A DNA stretch of 64,000 bases from an uncultured Gammaproteobacteria bacterium (GTDB taxonomy: Bacteria > Patescibacteriota > Patescibacteriia > Magasanikbacterales > UBA922): NCBI GenBank assembly GCA_964566225.1, contig CAZMHV010000001.1, positions 242,651 through 306,650 on the forward strand, read 5' to 3'. A model generated the notes under the pieces. The model had not been told where the DNA came from. It was given only the letters and a program-made list of their open reading frames with translations, and did not search any database. Positions 19,309 to 29,651 of the stretch are shown here, in pieces; the stretch's first letter is position 1; each line of letters begins with the position of its first letter. The translations under genes were made by a program, and so were the position numbers.

Positions 19309-20700
19309 ATGAGAATTCTTTACCGTTTAAAACAGAGTATTTTAATAACCGGAGACCTCGTTTGTTTTTTGGTGGCCTTTGTTTTGGGTGAAGCACTCCG
19401 TGAGTTACAAGCCCCAAGCCTTCATACTTTGGAAGAAAACCTCCTTACCATGGCCGGTTTATTTTTTTTGTGGATTGCTATTAACTACATGAGTGGACTG
19501 TATGATTTGGTCCACTTGAGTAGTGACAAAAAACTCTTACGTCGTGCAAGTGAAGCGGCAGGGGTGTCACTTGTTGTAGGTTTAGGATACTTTTACTTTT
19601 TTGCCCCAAATGGAATTCAACCAAAAACGATTTTGGCTCTAACCAGCTTTTTTGGATTTGGTCTGAGTGTTGTACTGCGTCTTTTTTCACACAAAGTCAC
19701 TGGAGTAAAACAGTTACAAACAAGATTACTTTTGGTTGGATATAGTGACCAAATGCAAGATCTTATTGATACGGTTAAACTCCAAGAAAAAAAAGGATAT
19801 ATTATTTCTGCAGTTGTAGACCCCAATAAATCTCTAAAAAAAGACAATCATCCAGGACTTGATATATATACGAATCTCCAAGCAATTCGTCCGCTTATTA
19901 CCAATAAAAAAATAAATTTAGTAGTAGTAGCACCAGAGTTACGAAATGATCCTTCAGCAATGCGGGAACTCTATGAACTCCTCTTTTGGCCAGTATCAAT
20001 TATTAACTTATTTTCATTTTACGAACACATTACTGGACGAATACATCCCGCAACATTTTCTGAAGGTTGGTTTTTGGAACACCTCAAAGCAAATAAGCAC
20101 TTGCTGTATGAACGAGTGAGAGTTATCTTTGACTATAGTATTGGCCTCTGTGTGGCTCTTGTTTTTATACTCTTATTTCCTTTTATTTTTTTGGCAATTA
20201 AAATAAACTCCCGTGGACCAGTCCTGCTCAAACAAGAACGTGTCGGACTGTTTGGCAAAAAATTTAATCTTTATAAGTTTCGTTCTATGTATGCGCTTTC
20301 GGCCGATGGAAGTGCAGAAACCAAAGGATATGAATTTGCCAAAAAAGACGACAAACGTGTTACACTGGTTGGTAAATTTTTACGCAAAACTCGTATGGAC
20401 GAGATCCCTCAAGCACTCAACCTCCTCAAAGGTGATGTGGCACTTATTGGACCACGACCTGAACGACCAGAAATTGTAGCAGACCTCACTGCCCAAATGC
20501 CCTATTATCCTTTGCGCCATGTCGTCAAACCAGGGCTCACTGGCTGGGCAGTCATCAATCAAAATTATACAGACACACTTGAAAAGTCTTTGCAAAAATT
20601 ACAGTACGATTTATACTACATCAAAAATCGATCATTTTTGCTCGATGTCTCTATCTTGCTCCGAACCGTAAACATGTTGGTGCGATTTATGGGGCAATAA
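19309..20700 (+). CDS. Polyprenyl-phosphate sugar phosphotransferase (bacterial sugar transferase, WbaP/EpsE-like)
   Basis: C-terminal 'GPVLLKQERVGLFGKKFNLYKFRSM', 'DEIPQALNLLKGDVALIGPRPERPE'. Confidence 0.85.
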   Translation: MRILYRLKQSILITGDLVCFLVAFVLGEALRELQAPSLHTLEENLLTMAGLFFLWIAINYMSGLYDLVHLSSDKKLLRRASEAAGVSLVVGLGYFYFFAPNGIQPKTILALTSFFGFGLSVVLRLFSHKVTGVKQLQTRLLLVGYSDQMQDLIDTVKLQEKKGYIISAVVDPNKSLKKDNHPGLDIYTNLQAIRPLITNKKINLVVVAPELRNDPSAMRELYELLFWPVSIINLFSFYEHITGRIHPATFSEGWFLEHLKANKHLLYERVRVIFDYSIGLCVALVFILLFPFIFLAIKINSRGPVLLKQERVGLFGKKFNLYKFRSMYALSADGSAETKGYEFAKKDDKRVTLVGKFLRKTRMDEIPQALNLLKGDVALIGPRPERPEIVADLTAQMPYYPLRHVVKPGLTGWAVINQNYTDTLEKSLQKLQYDLYYIKNRSFLLDVSILLRTVNMLVRFMGQ

Positions 20701-20718
20701 AATTTTGCATACAATAAA

Positions 20719-20759
20719 ATATCCCGGATGCTCTCATAGCACCGGGATATTTTTATTTT
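20719..20759 (+). terminator. Rho-independent terminator after the sugar transferase
   Basis: ATATCCCGG-loop-CCGGGATAT (9 bp) followed by TTTTTATTTT. Confidence 0.65.
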
Positions 20760-20811
20760 GACCGAAGGCGAAGGGCTCCATACTTCGCCTGGTCTTTCTT
20801 GGGGTGAGGGT

Positions 20812-20994
20812 TCAGGGAGCGCTGGGTGGCTGGCGCAGGTACTTCCACATTTGCACGGGAATACTGAGCACCGCCCAAACGTAACAAACGATGAGAAAAC
20901 CGATCGCCGGAATCCGGACGAACTGATCTCCCAACGTCTCAGGCTGAAGCCCCCGCTGCATGAACGTTCGCTTCTTCTCCTGCTCTTGCGTCAT
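20812..20994 (-). CDS. small single-TM peptide (60 aa) encoded in a GC-rich islet, hypothetical
   Basis: ATG with GGAGAG 8 nt upstream; hydrophobic 'IPAIGFLIVCYVWAVLSIPV'. The islet (20755-21070) is much GC-richer than its flanks. The ORF track's TTG start at 21009 is not used. Confidence 0.25.
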   Translation of the reverse strand: MTQEQEKKRTFMQRGLQPETLGDQFVRIPAIGFLIVCYVWAVLSIPVQMWKYLRQPPSAP

Positions 20995-21075
20995 CTCGTC
21001 TCTCCACAAAGAAAAACCAGGATGACTCTATCATGTTTTTTGAAGAAAATCAATGAGACATCAAACGAAAGAAGT

Positions 21076-21981
21076 TTAATTCTTTTGTTCTTGAACTTTG
21101 AGAACAGAAATGCTCTTTGCTTCAGTAATTTTTTGAGTTTCAAGTTCAAAAGAGTACTTTTGTTTATCAACGGAAAAATATACTACGGTCATAGTGGGAT
21201 TCACTCCAAGTACGTCTATGGTAGGATAGCCTACATCACAAATAGTATCAATTCCACTGTCTCCTCCACAAGGAACGGATCTTTTTTGTGACAAAGCAAA
21301 ATTTGGCACACCATTCACTAAAAATCCAACAAATTGAGCCGCTCCTTCTGTCTTACAGCTCACCACTCCATCTTTTACACTTTGACAAGTATCATTTTCC
21401 AAAGAAAATGAAATTTTACTTTCTTTTTTTGTGCTATCAATAACTGTCAAAGTCTGTGGAACCCCACAACCTTGATCTACCTTCACAGCAATTGCCGATT
21501 GTTTTTTTGTATCAATATAATAATTATGATTGACACCAAAACACATATCTCCATCGGTCAATTGCAAACGGAATATATTCACATTAGATGTTTTAGCAAA
21601 ACCAAAAGATCCATTTCCCATGCCAGTCCAAATATTTTCAAACAGCGTTACTGTTTTTTCTTTGCCTTCCAAAATCATGTCAGCTTTTTGGGGGTTATAC
21701 AAACTAAGATTTCCATTTGGAGTATCCACCGAAGGAAAATGAAACTGCTCAGATGCCTTCGTATTCAAAACCTCCCATTGTGATTGTGCTACCTTATTTT
21801 GAGAGTCTACCAGTTGTGTTTGTAAACTTTCTTTTTGTTGCAGTACGATCTTATATTGATTTTGAGTTTTCACTAAACGTTGATTTACACAAACCAACGA
21901 AACTACTAATGCAAGAAAAATTATACACAAACTTATGACAAAAATAGGCAAGCGTAAATTTTTATTTTGTTTTTTATTCAT
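21076..21981 (-). CDS. hypothetical N-terminally membrane-anchored protein (301 aa, several Cys)
   Basis: N-terminal TM 'LPIFVISLCIIFLALVVSLV', then a coiled-coil-like segment and a Cys-containing domain. Confidence 0.55.
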   Translation of the reverse strand: MNKKQNKNLRLPIFVISLCIIFLALVVSLVCVNQRLVKTQNQYKIVLQQKESLQTQLVDSQNKVAQSQWEVLNTKASEQFHFPSVDTPNGNLSLYNPQKADMILEGKEKTVTLFENIWTGMGNGSFGFAKTSNVNIFRLQLTDGDMCFGVNHNYYIDTKKQSAIAVKVDQGCGVPQTLTVIDSTKKESKISFSLENDTCQSVKDGVVSCKTEGAAQFVGFLVNGVPNFALSQKRSVPCGGDSGIDTICDVGYPTIDVLGVNPTMTVVYFSVDKQKYSFELETQKITEAKSISVLKVQEQKN

Positions 21982-22089
21982 ACAATATGCGAAATAAAAT
22001 TATTGAAATAGTATACCATATTTATTTTATAAGTGAGAATGAAATAGTAAAAAAAAACTCCCTGGATTCAGGAAGTTTTTTACATGTCC

Positions 22090-24678
22090 TTACTCATCCT
22101 TCAAATACCGTTTCAAATACTGCCCCGTAGCACTCTTGCCAGTGCGGGCCACCTGCTCTGGAGTGCCACAGGTAACGAGTTCACCACCTTTGTCTCCGCC
22201 CTCAGGGCCAAGGTCAATCAGCCAGTCGGCACATTTGATGAGGTCGAGGTTGTGTTCAATAATCATGACGGTGTTGCCCTGAGACACCAAACGTTGGAGC
22301 ACATCAATAAGTTTGCGGACGTCTTCGTAGTGCAAACCTGTTGTTGGTTCATCGAGCAAATACAGTGTCTTGGTCGTACCACGTTTGGCCAGTTCTTTAC
22401 TGAGCTTAATGCGCTGCGCTTCACCACCCGAGAGGGTGGTCGCAGACTGACCAAGGGTCAAGTAATCAAGACCTACTTCGTTTAAAATTTTGAGTTTGTC
22501 ATTGATAACAGGAATATCTTGAAAAAATTCTTCAGCGTCTTCAATAGTCATGTTCAAGACATCAGAAATATTTTTTCCTTTGTAGTGCACTTGCAAAGTT
22601 TCGGCAGTAAATCGTTTACCTTTACACACTTCACAAATAATTTCTACACTGGGCAAAAAGTGCATTTCAATTTCAAGTGTCCCCTTGCCTTCACAGTTTT
22701 CACAGCGTCCGCCTGGTCGATTGAAACTAAAACGACCAACTTTGTACCCACGCATTTTCGCTTCGGGAGTGGAAGCAAATACTTCACGAATGGCGTCAAA
22801 GGCTTTTGTATATGTTGCCGGATTACTACGAGGTGTGCGACCAATGGCACCCTGATCAATTTCAACAATTTTATCAATGTATTCGAGTCCTGTAATTTCT
22901 TTGTGTTTGCCTACAGTGTAACGAGTGTGATTGAGTTTATTGGAAATAGCGCGATACAACACATCGTTCATGAGGGTTGACTTGCCTGAGCCAGAAACAC
23001 CTGTTAAGCACACCAAACGGCGCAGTGGAATTTCTACGTTAATATTTTTTAAGTTATTTTCTGTCACGCCTTTAATTTTAATAAACGGTGTGGCGCTATC
23101 TACTTTACGACGCTTTTCTGGAACCTGTACTTTTTCTTCACCACGCAAAAACTTTCCCGTAAGAGATTTTTTGGAGTCTCCTTGCATCGGAATCAGAGCA
23201 CCTTTGGCTAACTTTTTACTTGGGTCGAGTAAAATTTCAAGTGGACCACTGTATACCACATCTCCCCCATGTTTGCCCGCACCAGGTCCAATATCTACTA
23301 CCCAATCACTTGTGAGAATAGTATCTTCGTCATGTTCTACCACAATAATGGTGTTGCCAATATCACACAAATTACGAAGTGTTTTGACGAGTTGATCATT
23401 GTCTTTTTGGTGCAATCCAATAGTTGGTTCATCAAGTACATACATGGCGCCAACCAATTTTTGACCTACCTGCGAAGCCAAACGAATACGCTGCGCTTCA
23501 CCACCCGAAAGTGTGCCGGCGCGACGATTCAAAGATAAATAGTGCAAGCCCACATTGAGCATGAATTGCAAACGGTTGAGAATTTCTCGCATGGCAGCGC
23601 CGACAATTTCTTGTTCACGAGCCGTGAGTTTTTCATCAATATGCAAAAAGAAATCTACGGCATCGGCAATAGAAAGAGTGGTCACTTCCCAAATATTTTT
23701 GTCGACAATTTTTACAGCCAGTGCATTTTCATTGAGACGTTTGCCCTGACAGACACTACAAAGTTCTTCACTAAATAACTCCTTGGTACCGAGCCCAGTA
23801 CAAGTCGCACAGTAGCCATAGGGACTATTGAAACTAAACATACGAGGTTCAATTTCTGGAAAACTATACCCATCATTGGGACAAGAATACTCTGTGCTGT
23901 ATACAACTTCAGTTTTCTCTGGAGTGATCACTCCACACAAACCATTACTCAGGTCAACAGCATTTTCAACGGCTTCGGTGAGACGCTGCAAATGTTCTTT
24001 GTGCGAAGTAAACTCAGCATTGGTCAATGGAATTTTGTCTACAATCACTTCAATGGTATGCTTTTTATTTTTATCGAGCACCACTTGATCACGCAAACTT
24101 TTTATTTTGCCATCCACTCGAATTTCCAAATATCCACTGTTATACAAATCATAGAGCATTTGGTAATACTCCCCTTTTCGTCCACGAACGACTGGAGAAA
24201 AAATAATAAGTTCTCCAGAAGATTTTTTGTCACTCTTGCTACTGCCACCCAAATGCAAAACATTTTCTACCATTTGGTCAATGGACATTTTTTCAATTTT
24301 GGTGCCACATACAGGACAATGTGGATGCCCAATGCGAGCGAACAAAATACGCAGGTAATCGTAAATTTCTGTGATAGTCGCCACAATAGAACGAGGGTTG
24401 GCACTGTGTGCACGCTGGTCAATAGAAATAGCAGGAGAAAGCCCTTCGATTTCGTCTACATCTGGCTTTTGCATGCCACCCAAAAACTGACGAGCATAGG
24501 CGGAGAGACTTTCAATATACCGACGTTGGCCTTCGGCAAAAATAGTGTCAAATGCCAAAGAAGACTTGCCACTACCTGAAAGTCCAGTAAACACAATCAT
24601 TTTGTTGCGGGGGAGTTCCAAAGAAATATTTTTGAGGTTGTGCTCGCGAGCACCTTTGATAATAATTTTTTCTTGCAT
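22090..24678 (-). CDS. uvrA: Excinuclease ABC subunit A
   Basis: Two ABC ATPase modules, '[15 protein letters not shown]', Zn-finger cysteines, 'LSGGEAQRI' signature twice; 862 aa, somewhat shorter than E. coli UvrA. Confidence 0.9.
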   Translation of the reverse strand: MQEKIIIKGAREHNLKNISLELPRNKMIVFTGLSGSGKSSLAFDTIFAEGQRRYIESLSAYARQFLGGMQKPDVDEIEGLSPAISIDQRAHSANPRSIVATITEIYDYLRILFARIGHPHCPVCGTKIEKMSIDQMVENVLHLGGSSKSDKKSSGELIIFSPVVRGRKGEYYQMLYDLYNSGYLEIRVDGKIKSLRDQVVLDKNKKHTIEVIVDKIPLTNAEFTSHKEHLQRLTEAVENAVDLSNGLCGVITPEKTEVVYSTEYSCPNDGYSFPEIEPRMFSFNSPYGYCATCTGLGTKELFSEELCSVCQGKRLNENALAVKIVDKNIWEVTTLSIADAVDFFLHIDEKLTAREQEIVGAAMREILNRLQFMLNVGLHYLSLNRRAGTLSGGEAQRIRLASQVGQKLVGAMYVLDEPTIGLHQKDNDQLVKTLRNLCDIGNTIIVVEHDEDTILTSDWVVDIGPGAGKHGGDVVYSGPLEILLDPSKKLAKGALIPMQGDSKKSLTGKFLRGEEKVQVPEKRRKVDSATPFIKIKGVTENNLKNINVEIPLRRLVCLTGVSGSGKSTLMNDVLYRAISNKLNHTRYTVGKHKEITGLEYIDKIVEIDQGAIGRTPRSNPATYTKAFDAIREVFASTPEAKMRGYKVGRFSFNRPGGRCENCEGKGTLEIEMHFLPSVEIICEVCKGKRFTAETLQVHYKGKNISDVLNMTIEDAEEFFQDIPVINDKLKILNEVGLDYLTLGQSATTLSGGEAQRIKLSKELAKRGTTKTLYLLDEPTTGLHYEDVRKLIDVLQRLVSQGNTVMIIEHNLDLIKCADWLIDLGPEGGDKGGELVTCGTPEQVARTGKSATGQYLKRYLKDE

Positions 24679-24825
24679 AAGGGAAAACTTATACTTTTAC
24701 GTATAAGAATAATAAGTATTCTCTTATTGTAAAACAGAACGCACGTTTTGTCAAAACCATAGAAAATGGCTTTGCTTTCCTCAGAGAAAAAGCTTATACT
24801 TTGAATATACTTTTTTTCTTATCCT

Positions 24826-25716
24826 ATGCGCTTCGGGCATACTACAATTTTCTTTTTTGTAACAACTCTATTTCTGGCAGGTTGCACGAATACTCCCCCA
24901 AATACCAAAACTCAGACATTGGTAGATTCTCAAAAAACAAATCATTTCCAATATGCCGCACCATGGGACAAGTCTTTTTTTGAATCTTTGTACCACAATC
25001 AATACCCACTCCCAAACTTACTCCCGCCTCTCAAAGGAGCCATTGTACCCCACCACCTCCTCGCAGGAGCCATTGATGCAACACTTTTTGAACACCTCCA
25101 AAAACAGCACCCTTCAACAATTGTCATTATTGGGCCAAACCACTTTTCCCGTGGACATGGCGATGTGATTACAACGGCTCGTGACTGGAAAACTCCCTTT
25201 GGAGATGTGCAAACAAACAAACATATTCTGACCCTCCTTCAAAGAAATCATCTTGTGTCTATCAATGAAGAAGTAATGAAAGAAGAACACAGCACCTATA
25301 CCATAATTCCGTTTATAAAAAAATCTCTTGATGGGGCTACGGTTGTACCACTCGTTATCCAACCATACGCTGCTACAACCACACTCAACGCGATTGCAGA
25401 ACTTCTTTTTCAAAACCTTCCACCAGATGCAGTGATTGTTGGTTCAGTAGATTTTTCACATTATAAAGATCTAGAGACAGCAAACAAAAATGATGCCGTC
25501 ACGAGAGAAACCATGAAAAATTTTGACTACAATGCTCTTGGCAGTCTCGACATTGATTCTCCCAAAAGCATTTACCTTATTTTACAGCTGATGCAAAAAT
25601 TTGAGTCCACTAACATTGTTCATGAAATTCAGTCAAATTCTGCGATTATTGCCAGAGACCCAAAGGCAAAAGAGACCACCAGTTATTATTCCCCCTACTA
25701 TGGTAAAAAAGAGTAA
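24826..25716 (+). CDS. MEMO1 / AmmeMemoRadiSam-system-protein-B family protein, predicted lipoprotein
   Basis: Lipobox 'LFLAGC'; 'AIVPHHLLAG', 'VIIGPNHF' and 'IVGSVDFSHY' align with the MEMO1 motifs IIAPHAGY / ILGPSHH / VSSDFCHWG. Confidence 0.5.
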   Translation: MRFGHTTIFFFVTTLFLAGCTNTPPNTKTQTLVDSQKTNHFQYAAPWDKSFFESLYHNQYPLPNLLPPLKGAIVPHHLLAGAIDATLFEHLQKQHPSTIVIIGPNHFSRGHGDVITTARDWKTPFGDVQTNKHILTLLQRNHLVSINEEVMKEEHSTYTIIPFIKKSLDGATVVPLVIQPYAATTTLNAIAELLFQNLPPDAVIVGSVDFSHYKDLETANKNDAVTRETMKNFDYNALGSLDIDSPKSIYLILQLMQKFESTNIVHEIQSNSAIIARDPKAKETTSYYSPYYGKKE

Positions 25717-25758
25717 TACAATGGTATACTAAACGAAATAAACATAATCAAACCTTTT

Positions 25759-27798
25759 ATGAATCCAAAACAAAAAAACGTCGTCCTCATCTTTGTAGGA
25801 GCCGGAATTGCCCTGTGTATTGGCGCAGTGATTTTTGTACTGGTCATGACCATACTCCAAATGGGCAGAGAAAATGAAGGCCTCGCACGAGCACTTGAGG
25901 AAGAAAGACAAAGAAATACTCCTCCAGTGGTTGAAGATCAACCCCCTGCACAAGACACCCCTACACCCGTTGTTGACGAAACAATTGTGGCAACAGACGA
26001 TTTTGGCAGTTACACCATGTTTGCACAAGGGAATAATATAAATGCACCCCTGCGAAACTATTCAAAAGAATTTGAAAATAATCCTATTGAAGTACAATGG
26101 AACAAAGGAGCCAAAAAAATAAGTAAATCAGACACACTGGCTCTCATTCAAAAAATTGATCCCACATTTCAGCACCGCGACTTTACAGGACCTTGTGATA
26201 CTGGATCTACCGAATGTTATGTACACGCATACGAACTTGGAAAAATTACTTCACCCCAAAAAATTAGTGGCAAAACTTTGTATCTTTTTGCACTCCCAAG
26301 TTCTGGAATGGGCATATACTATGAAACGTATCTCGCTTTTTTTGAAGAAAAAACAAACCAATATATTGTTATTCAAAAAGATCTTGTAGATTACAAACCA
26401 GGAGTCTACTATGCAACAGAAAAACGTTTTCTTACTGGAGGAATTATCTTTCAAAATATTGCTTCACTTGAAAAACCAAATACTTTGGCATTCCCAGGGA
26501 CAGACTCTATTTTACAATTTATAAAATCCGAAACTCCCAAAGACATATTTCAAAATTATTCTCCAGCTGAAAATCGTGGAGGAATTATCGATATTCAAAA
26601 AAATGAGATTGTCGATTACTCTCGTCGATACAACAAAAATAACCTTGCATTCAATGATCCAAAATATGGTCCGGTATATCTTTACAACCGTGGCTACCAC
26701 ATTATCCTTCCAGATGGATCGGTTCAAATATATGAACTTATTCCATCATTTTTGAAAGCACTCGTCCCACCAGGAGCTGATAAAAATTTATTTTCCAACC
26801 GATACGAAGCAAAAGTTACATGGACTGATGGACGAAAAAACGAAAATGAAACCTACATGATTGGTGGAGATATCAATGTGGGTGGTTGTGTTGCAGGAAT
26901 TAAAACCTGTACCAATATTGTCAATGCAAATCCTTGGTTCCAAGAAAAAAATCTTGTCGTGGTTGGAAAAACGCACAAGGGAGAAAGTATCTATGAACTG
27001 AGCGATGGACTCAACAAATATTATAAAGAACTCTTTGACTTTGGGTATGTAGCATCTCGTCTATATCCGAATTCAGATCCAACAAGACAAACAGATCGAC
27101 CCACTCTTACACAAGATCAACTTGATGCCATGAGTGATACCGAAAAATTCAAAGATTTTCTCCTCGATCACCCCCTCTTCTTCTGGAAAGATCATGCTGG
27201 CAACTGGCGCATTTACCAAAAAGCAAAGTATCAATCCATGGTTGAATGTGGAAAACCAGTTATCTATCTCTACCCAACCAAAGAAACCAATGTTCATGTT
27301 GAAGTGAAGCCTCAGGGTGGATTTACGATCACAGAACCAGCGTACGGCACAAAGGGATGGGACGTTCGAGCCACACCAAGTGGAAAACTCACCAACCTCG
27401 CTGACCAAAAAGCCTACCCATACTTATTTTGGGAAGGCATTGGATACAACTACAACAAACCAGCACAAGGATTTGTACTCAAACGTGAAAATGTACAAAG
27501 CGAAATGAAAAAAATTCTTGCGCGTTTGGGATTGAATGAAACTGAACAAAAAGATTTTCTCGAATTTTGGGCTCCAAAACTTGAGACGAAACCATTTGTG
27601 TTTGTCACCTTTATTGACCAAAAAGTATTTGACACAATTGCACCGCTTACGGTTTCACCAAAACCAGACAGTGTGATTCGTGTATTTATGGACTACACTC
27701 CACTTGAAAAAGAAATCAAAGTGGCTCCACTTTCTTTTCAAACTCCAGAACGAAAAGGATTTACGGTCGTAGAATGGGGTGGCGCTTTGCACCGTTAA
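25759..27798 (+). CDS. hypothetical membrane-anchored protein (679 aa)
   Basis: N-terminal TM 'VVLIFVGAGIALCIGAVIFVLVMTIL', then a large extracytoplasmic region; no recognisable domain. Confidence 0.55.
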   Translation: MNPKQKNVVLIFVGAGIALCIGAVIFVLVMTILQMGRENEGLARALEEERQRNTPPVVEDQPPAQDTPTPVVDETIVATDDFGSYTMFAQGNNINAPLRNYSKEFENNPIEVQWNKGAKKISKSDTLALIQKIDPTFQHRDFTGPCDTGSTECYVHAYELGKITSPQKISGKTLYLFALPSSGMGIYYETYLAFFEEKTNQYIVIQKDLVDYKPGVYYATEKRFLTGGIIFQNIASLEKPNTLAFPGTDSILQFIKSETPKDIFQNYSPAENRGGIIDIQKNEIVDYSRRYNKNNLAFNDPKYGPVYLYNRGYHIILPDGSVQIYELIPSFLKALVPPGADKNLFSNRYEAKVTWTDGRKNENETYMIGGDINVGGCVAGIKTCTNIVNANPWFQEKNLVVVGKTHKGESIYELSDGLNKYYKELFDFGYVASRLYPNSDPTRQTDRPTLTQDQLDAMSDTEKFKDFLLDHPLFFWKDHAGNWRIYQKAKYQSMVECGKPVIYLYPTKETNVHVEVKPQGGFTITEPAYGTKGWDVRATPSGKLTNLADQKAYPYLFWEGIGYNYNKPAQGFVLKRENVQSEMKKILARLGLNETEQKDFLEFWAPKLETKPFVFVTFIDQKVFDTIAPLTVSPKPDSVIRVFMDYTPLEKEIKVAPLSFQTPERKGFTVVEWGGALHR

Positions 27799-27880
27799 AG
27801 TGCATAACTCTGCTTGCAAAAGATATTGGCTTTGGGTACACTAAAGAAAACTACAATTTATTTTTATTTTTATCTGTCGT

Positions 27881-28315
27881 ATGAACAAATTTCTCTCTTC
27901 GGCCGCAGCTCTTTCTGTACTGTTACTTATGGGTGCAGGATGTAGTCAGTCTCCAACAGAAACAACCCCACCCATTGACCAACCTCAAGTGCAACTCCCA
28001 GCGACAGAACCAACTCCAACAGAACCAGCGCAAGGCAGTGGCCTAGTGCTTACAGGAGAGGCAATTGGAAATAACATGGTTAAATTTAGTTGGCAAATTC
28101 CACAAGGTATGGAAGAACCAGCATCCTTCCGTTTAGTCCGTGGACCAAGTGAAGATCCAGCACTCCCACGAAGTTACTACTTTCAAGTACTTGGCAGTAA
28201 ACGTGAAATTACCTGGACAGGACTTCTCCCAGGAAAACAATTCTTTCGCATTTGTACTTATGTAAACAATGAATGTAAAGAATACAGTAATAATGTAGAA
28301 ATTGAAGTAAAATAG
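27881..28315 (+). CDS. small lipoprotein with Ig/Fn3-like C-terminal domain, hypothetical
   Basis: Lipobox 'LLMGAGC', Pro/Thr/Glu-rich linker. Confidence 0.5.
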   Translation: MNKFLSSAAALSVLLLMGAGCSQSPTETTPPIDQPQVQLPATEPTPTEPAQGSGLVLTGEAIGNNMVKFSWQIPQGMEEPASFRLVRGPSEDPALPRSYYFQVLGSKREITWTGLLPGKQFFRICTYVNNECKEYSNNVEIEVK

Positions 28316-28325
28316 TATTGCAAAA

Positions 28326-28356
28326 AAACGCCGGAATATATCCGGCGTTTTTATTT
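28326..28356. terminator. Bidirectional rho-independent terminator
   Basis: CGCCGGA-ATATA-TCCGGCG with A-run upstream and T-run downstream, between convergent genes. Confidence 0.7.
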
Positions 28357-28360
28357 TATG

Positions 28361-28993
28361 TTAATAAACTACGACATTTCCAATGGTCTGACTCTGTCCG
28401 GCCGCGACCGCCTTTACTCGAGCGAGCCACTCACGAAGTCCCTGTGGCCATATTTTAGCTTCTAGACCATACTCTCTGAGCGTCGCTGAAACTCCTACCA
28501 CGTGTATACCCTGCCGAGAACAAAAATAAATAATTCTCGGCAGATGAAAATCTTGAGAAATAACAATCGTATTTGTCAAATGATAGACCTGAGCAGCACG
28601 TTCACAACTTTTGTAGGTGTTATACCCATGTGGATCAATCTGTATAGCACTCTCTGGTACTCCTGCATCGATCGCATATTTTTTCATAGCACTTACTTCG
28701 TCTGCATTATTGGCACCGTCGTCTCCAGTCATAAACAGGGTATGTACTTTCCCTGCGGTATACAGCTCAATACCACGTTTGACTCGGTCTTCTTGCATTT
28801 CACTCATAGTCACACCATCCTTTTTCATGCCACCACCAAACACCAGGGCCACCGTGCTGGTGGGAACTGATTCGATTGAAGTATATATTTTTCCTTTTCC
28901 AAAAGACAAAATATAAAGATTTGAAAACATAATAAATAAAAATCCACAAACAATCACAATCCATACATATTTTTTCAGTCGTTGAATACCCAT
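28361..28993 (-). CDS. SanA/YdcF (DUF218) family membrane-anchored protein
   Basis: N-terminal TM, 'VALVFGGG', 'LFMTGDDGANNADEVSAMKKYAIDAGV' typical of DUF218. Confidence 0.7.
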   Translation of the reverse strand: MGIQRLKKYVWIVIVCGFLFIMFSNLYILSFGKGKIYTSIESVPTSTVALVFGGGMKKDGVTMSEMQEDRVKRGIELYTAGKVHTLFMTGDDGANNADEVSAMKKYAIDAGVPESAIQIDPHGYNTYKSCERAAQVYHLTNTIVISQDFHLPRIIYFCSRQGIHVVGVSATLREYGLEAKIWPQGLREWLARVKAVAAGQSQTIGNVVVY

Positions 28994-29001
28994 AAAAATT
29001 T

Positions 29002-29646
29002 TTATTTAAAAATATGTTCTTTCTTTCCCAAAAACTTTGGTTTACTGTGAACTACTTCTACTTCAAGCCAGGCTTTACTCCGGGCCAAAAATTCACGCAA
29101 ACCCCAGGCATTGAGCAAATATACATGTTTATCGGCACGAACTCCGATACTCGTTATACCAAGACGCCGACAAATATACAGTGCGCGTGGTAAGTGAAAC
29201 CCTTGTGTTACCAAAACCACATCTTTTTGGAGGCCAAAAATTTCTTTCGCCCGATAACAAGTATCATAGGTATCAAATCCAGCGTAGTCAAGAGTAATAT
29301 CTTCACTTTTTACTCCATTTTTTATAGCAAACTCTTTCATAGCAGTCACTTCATCATACGTTTTGCTCCCATTATCTCCACTCATTAATAACTTTTGCAC
29401 TTTACCCAGTCTATACAGTTCAACCGCTGTTGTTACTCTATCACTCAAAACATCACTGAGTTTTCCATTTGGCCGAACCCCTGCTCCAAAAACCAATGCT
29501 ACCGAACTTGAAGGGATATCGCTCGGTGAGTTATACACATATTTTTTATACAAAGAAATATGCTGAAAAATAAAACAAGATACTGCAAGACCAAGTAAAA
29601 TAAAAAAACCAACAACAAAAAATTTATTTTTACTCTGCTCAGACAT
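29002..29646 (-). CDS. SanA/YdcF (DUF218) family membrane-anchored protein, tandem paralog
   Basis: 'VALVFGAGV', 'LLMSGDNGSKTYDEVTAMKEFAIKNGV'; clearly homologous to the neighbour at 28361-28993. Confidence 0.7.
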   Translation of the reverse strand: MSEQSKNKFFVVGFFILLGLAVSCFIFQHISLYKKYVYNSPSDIPSSSVALVFGAGVRPNGKLSDVLSDRVTTAVELYRLGKVQKLLMSGDNGSKTYDEVTAMKEFAIKNGVKSEDITLDYAGFDTYDTCYRAKEIFGLQKDVVLVTQGFHLPRALYICRRLGITSIGVRADKHVYLLNAWGLREFLARSKAWLEVEVVHSKPKFLGKKEHIFK

Positions 29647-29651
29647 ATTTG

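Noticed and set aside
20758-21291. 177-aa plus-strand ORF spanning the GC-rich islet into the next gene
   Set aside because: Low-complexity Leu/Ser-rich translation; runs antisense through the well-supported minus-strand gene at 21076-21981; a composition-driven open frame.
24690-24805. Repeated TTATACTTT / ATACTTTTT motifs and a GAATA-N6-TATTC palindrome upstream of uvrA
   Set aside because: AT-rich -10-like hexamers are expected in a promoter region of an AT-rich genome; no LexA-box (CTGT-N8-ACAG or Gram-positive CGAACRNRYGTTYC) match was found, so there is no specific regulatory call.
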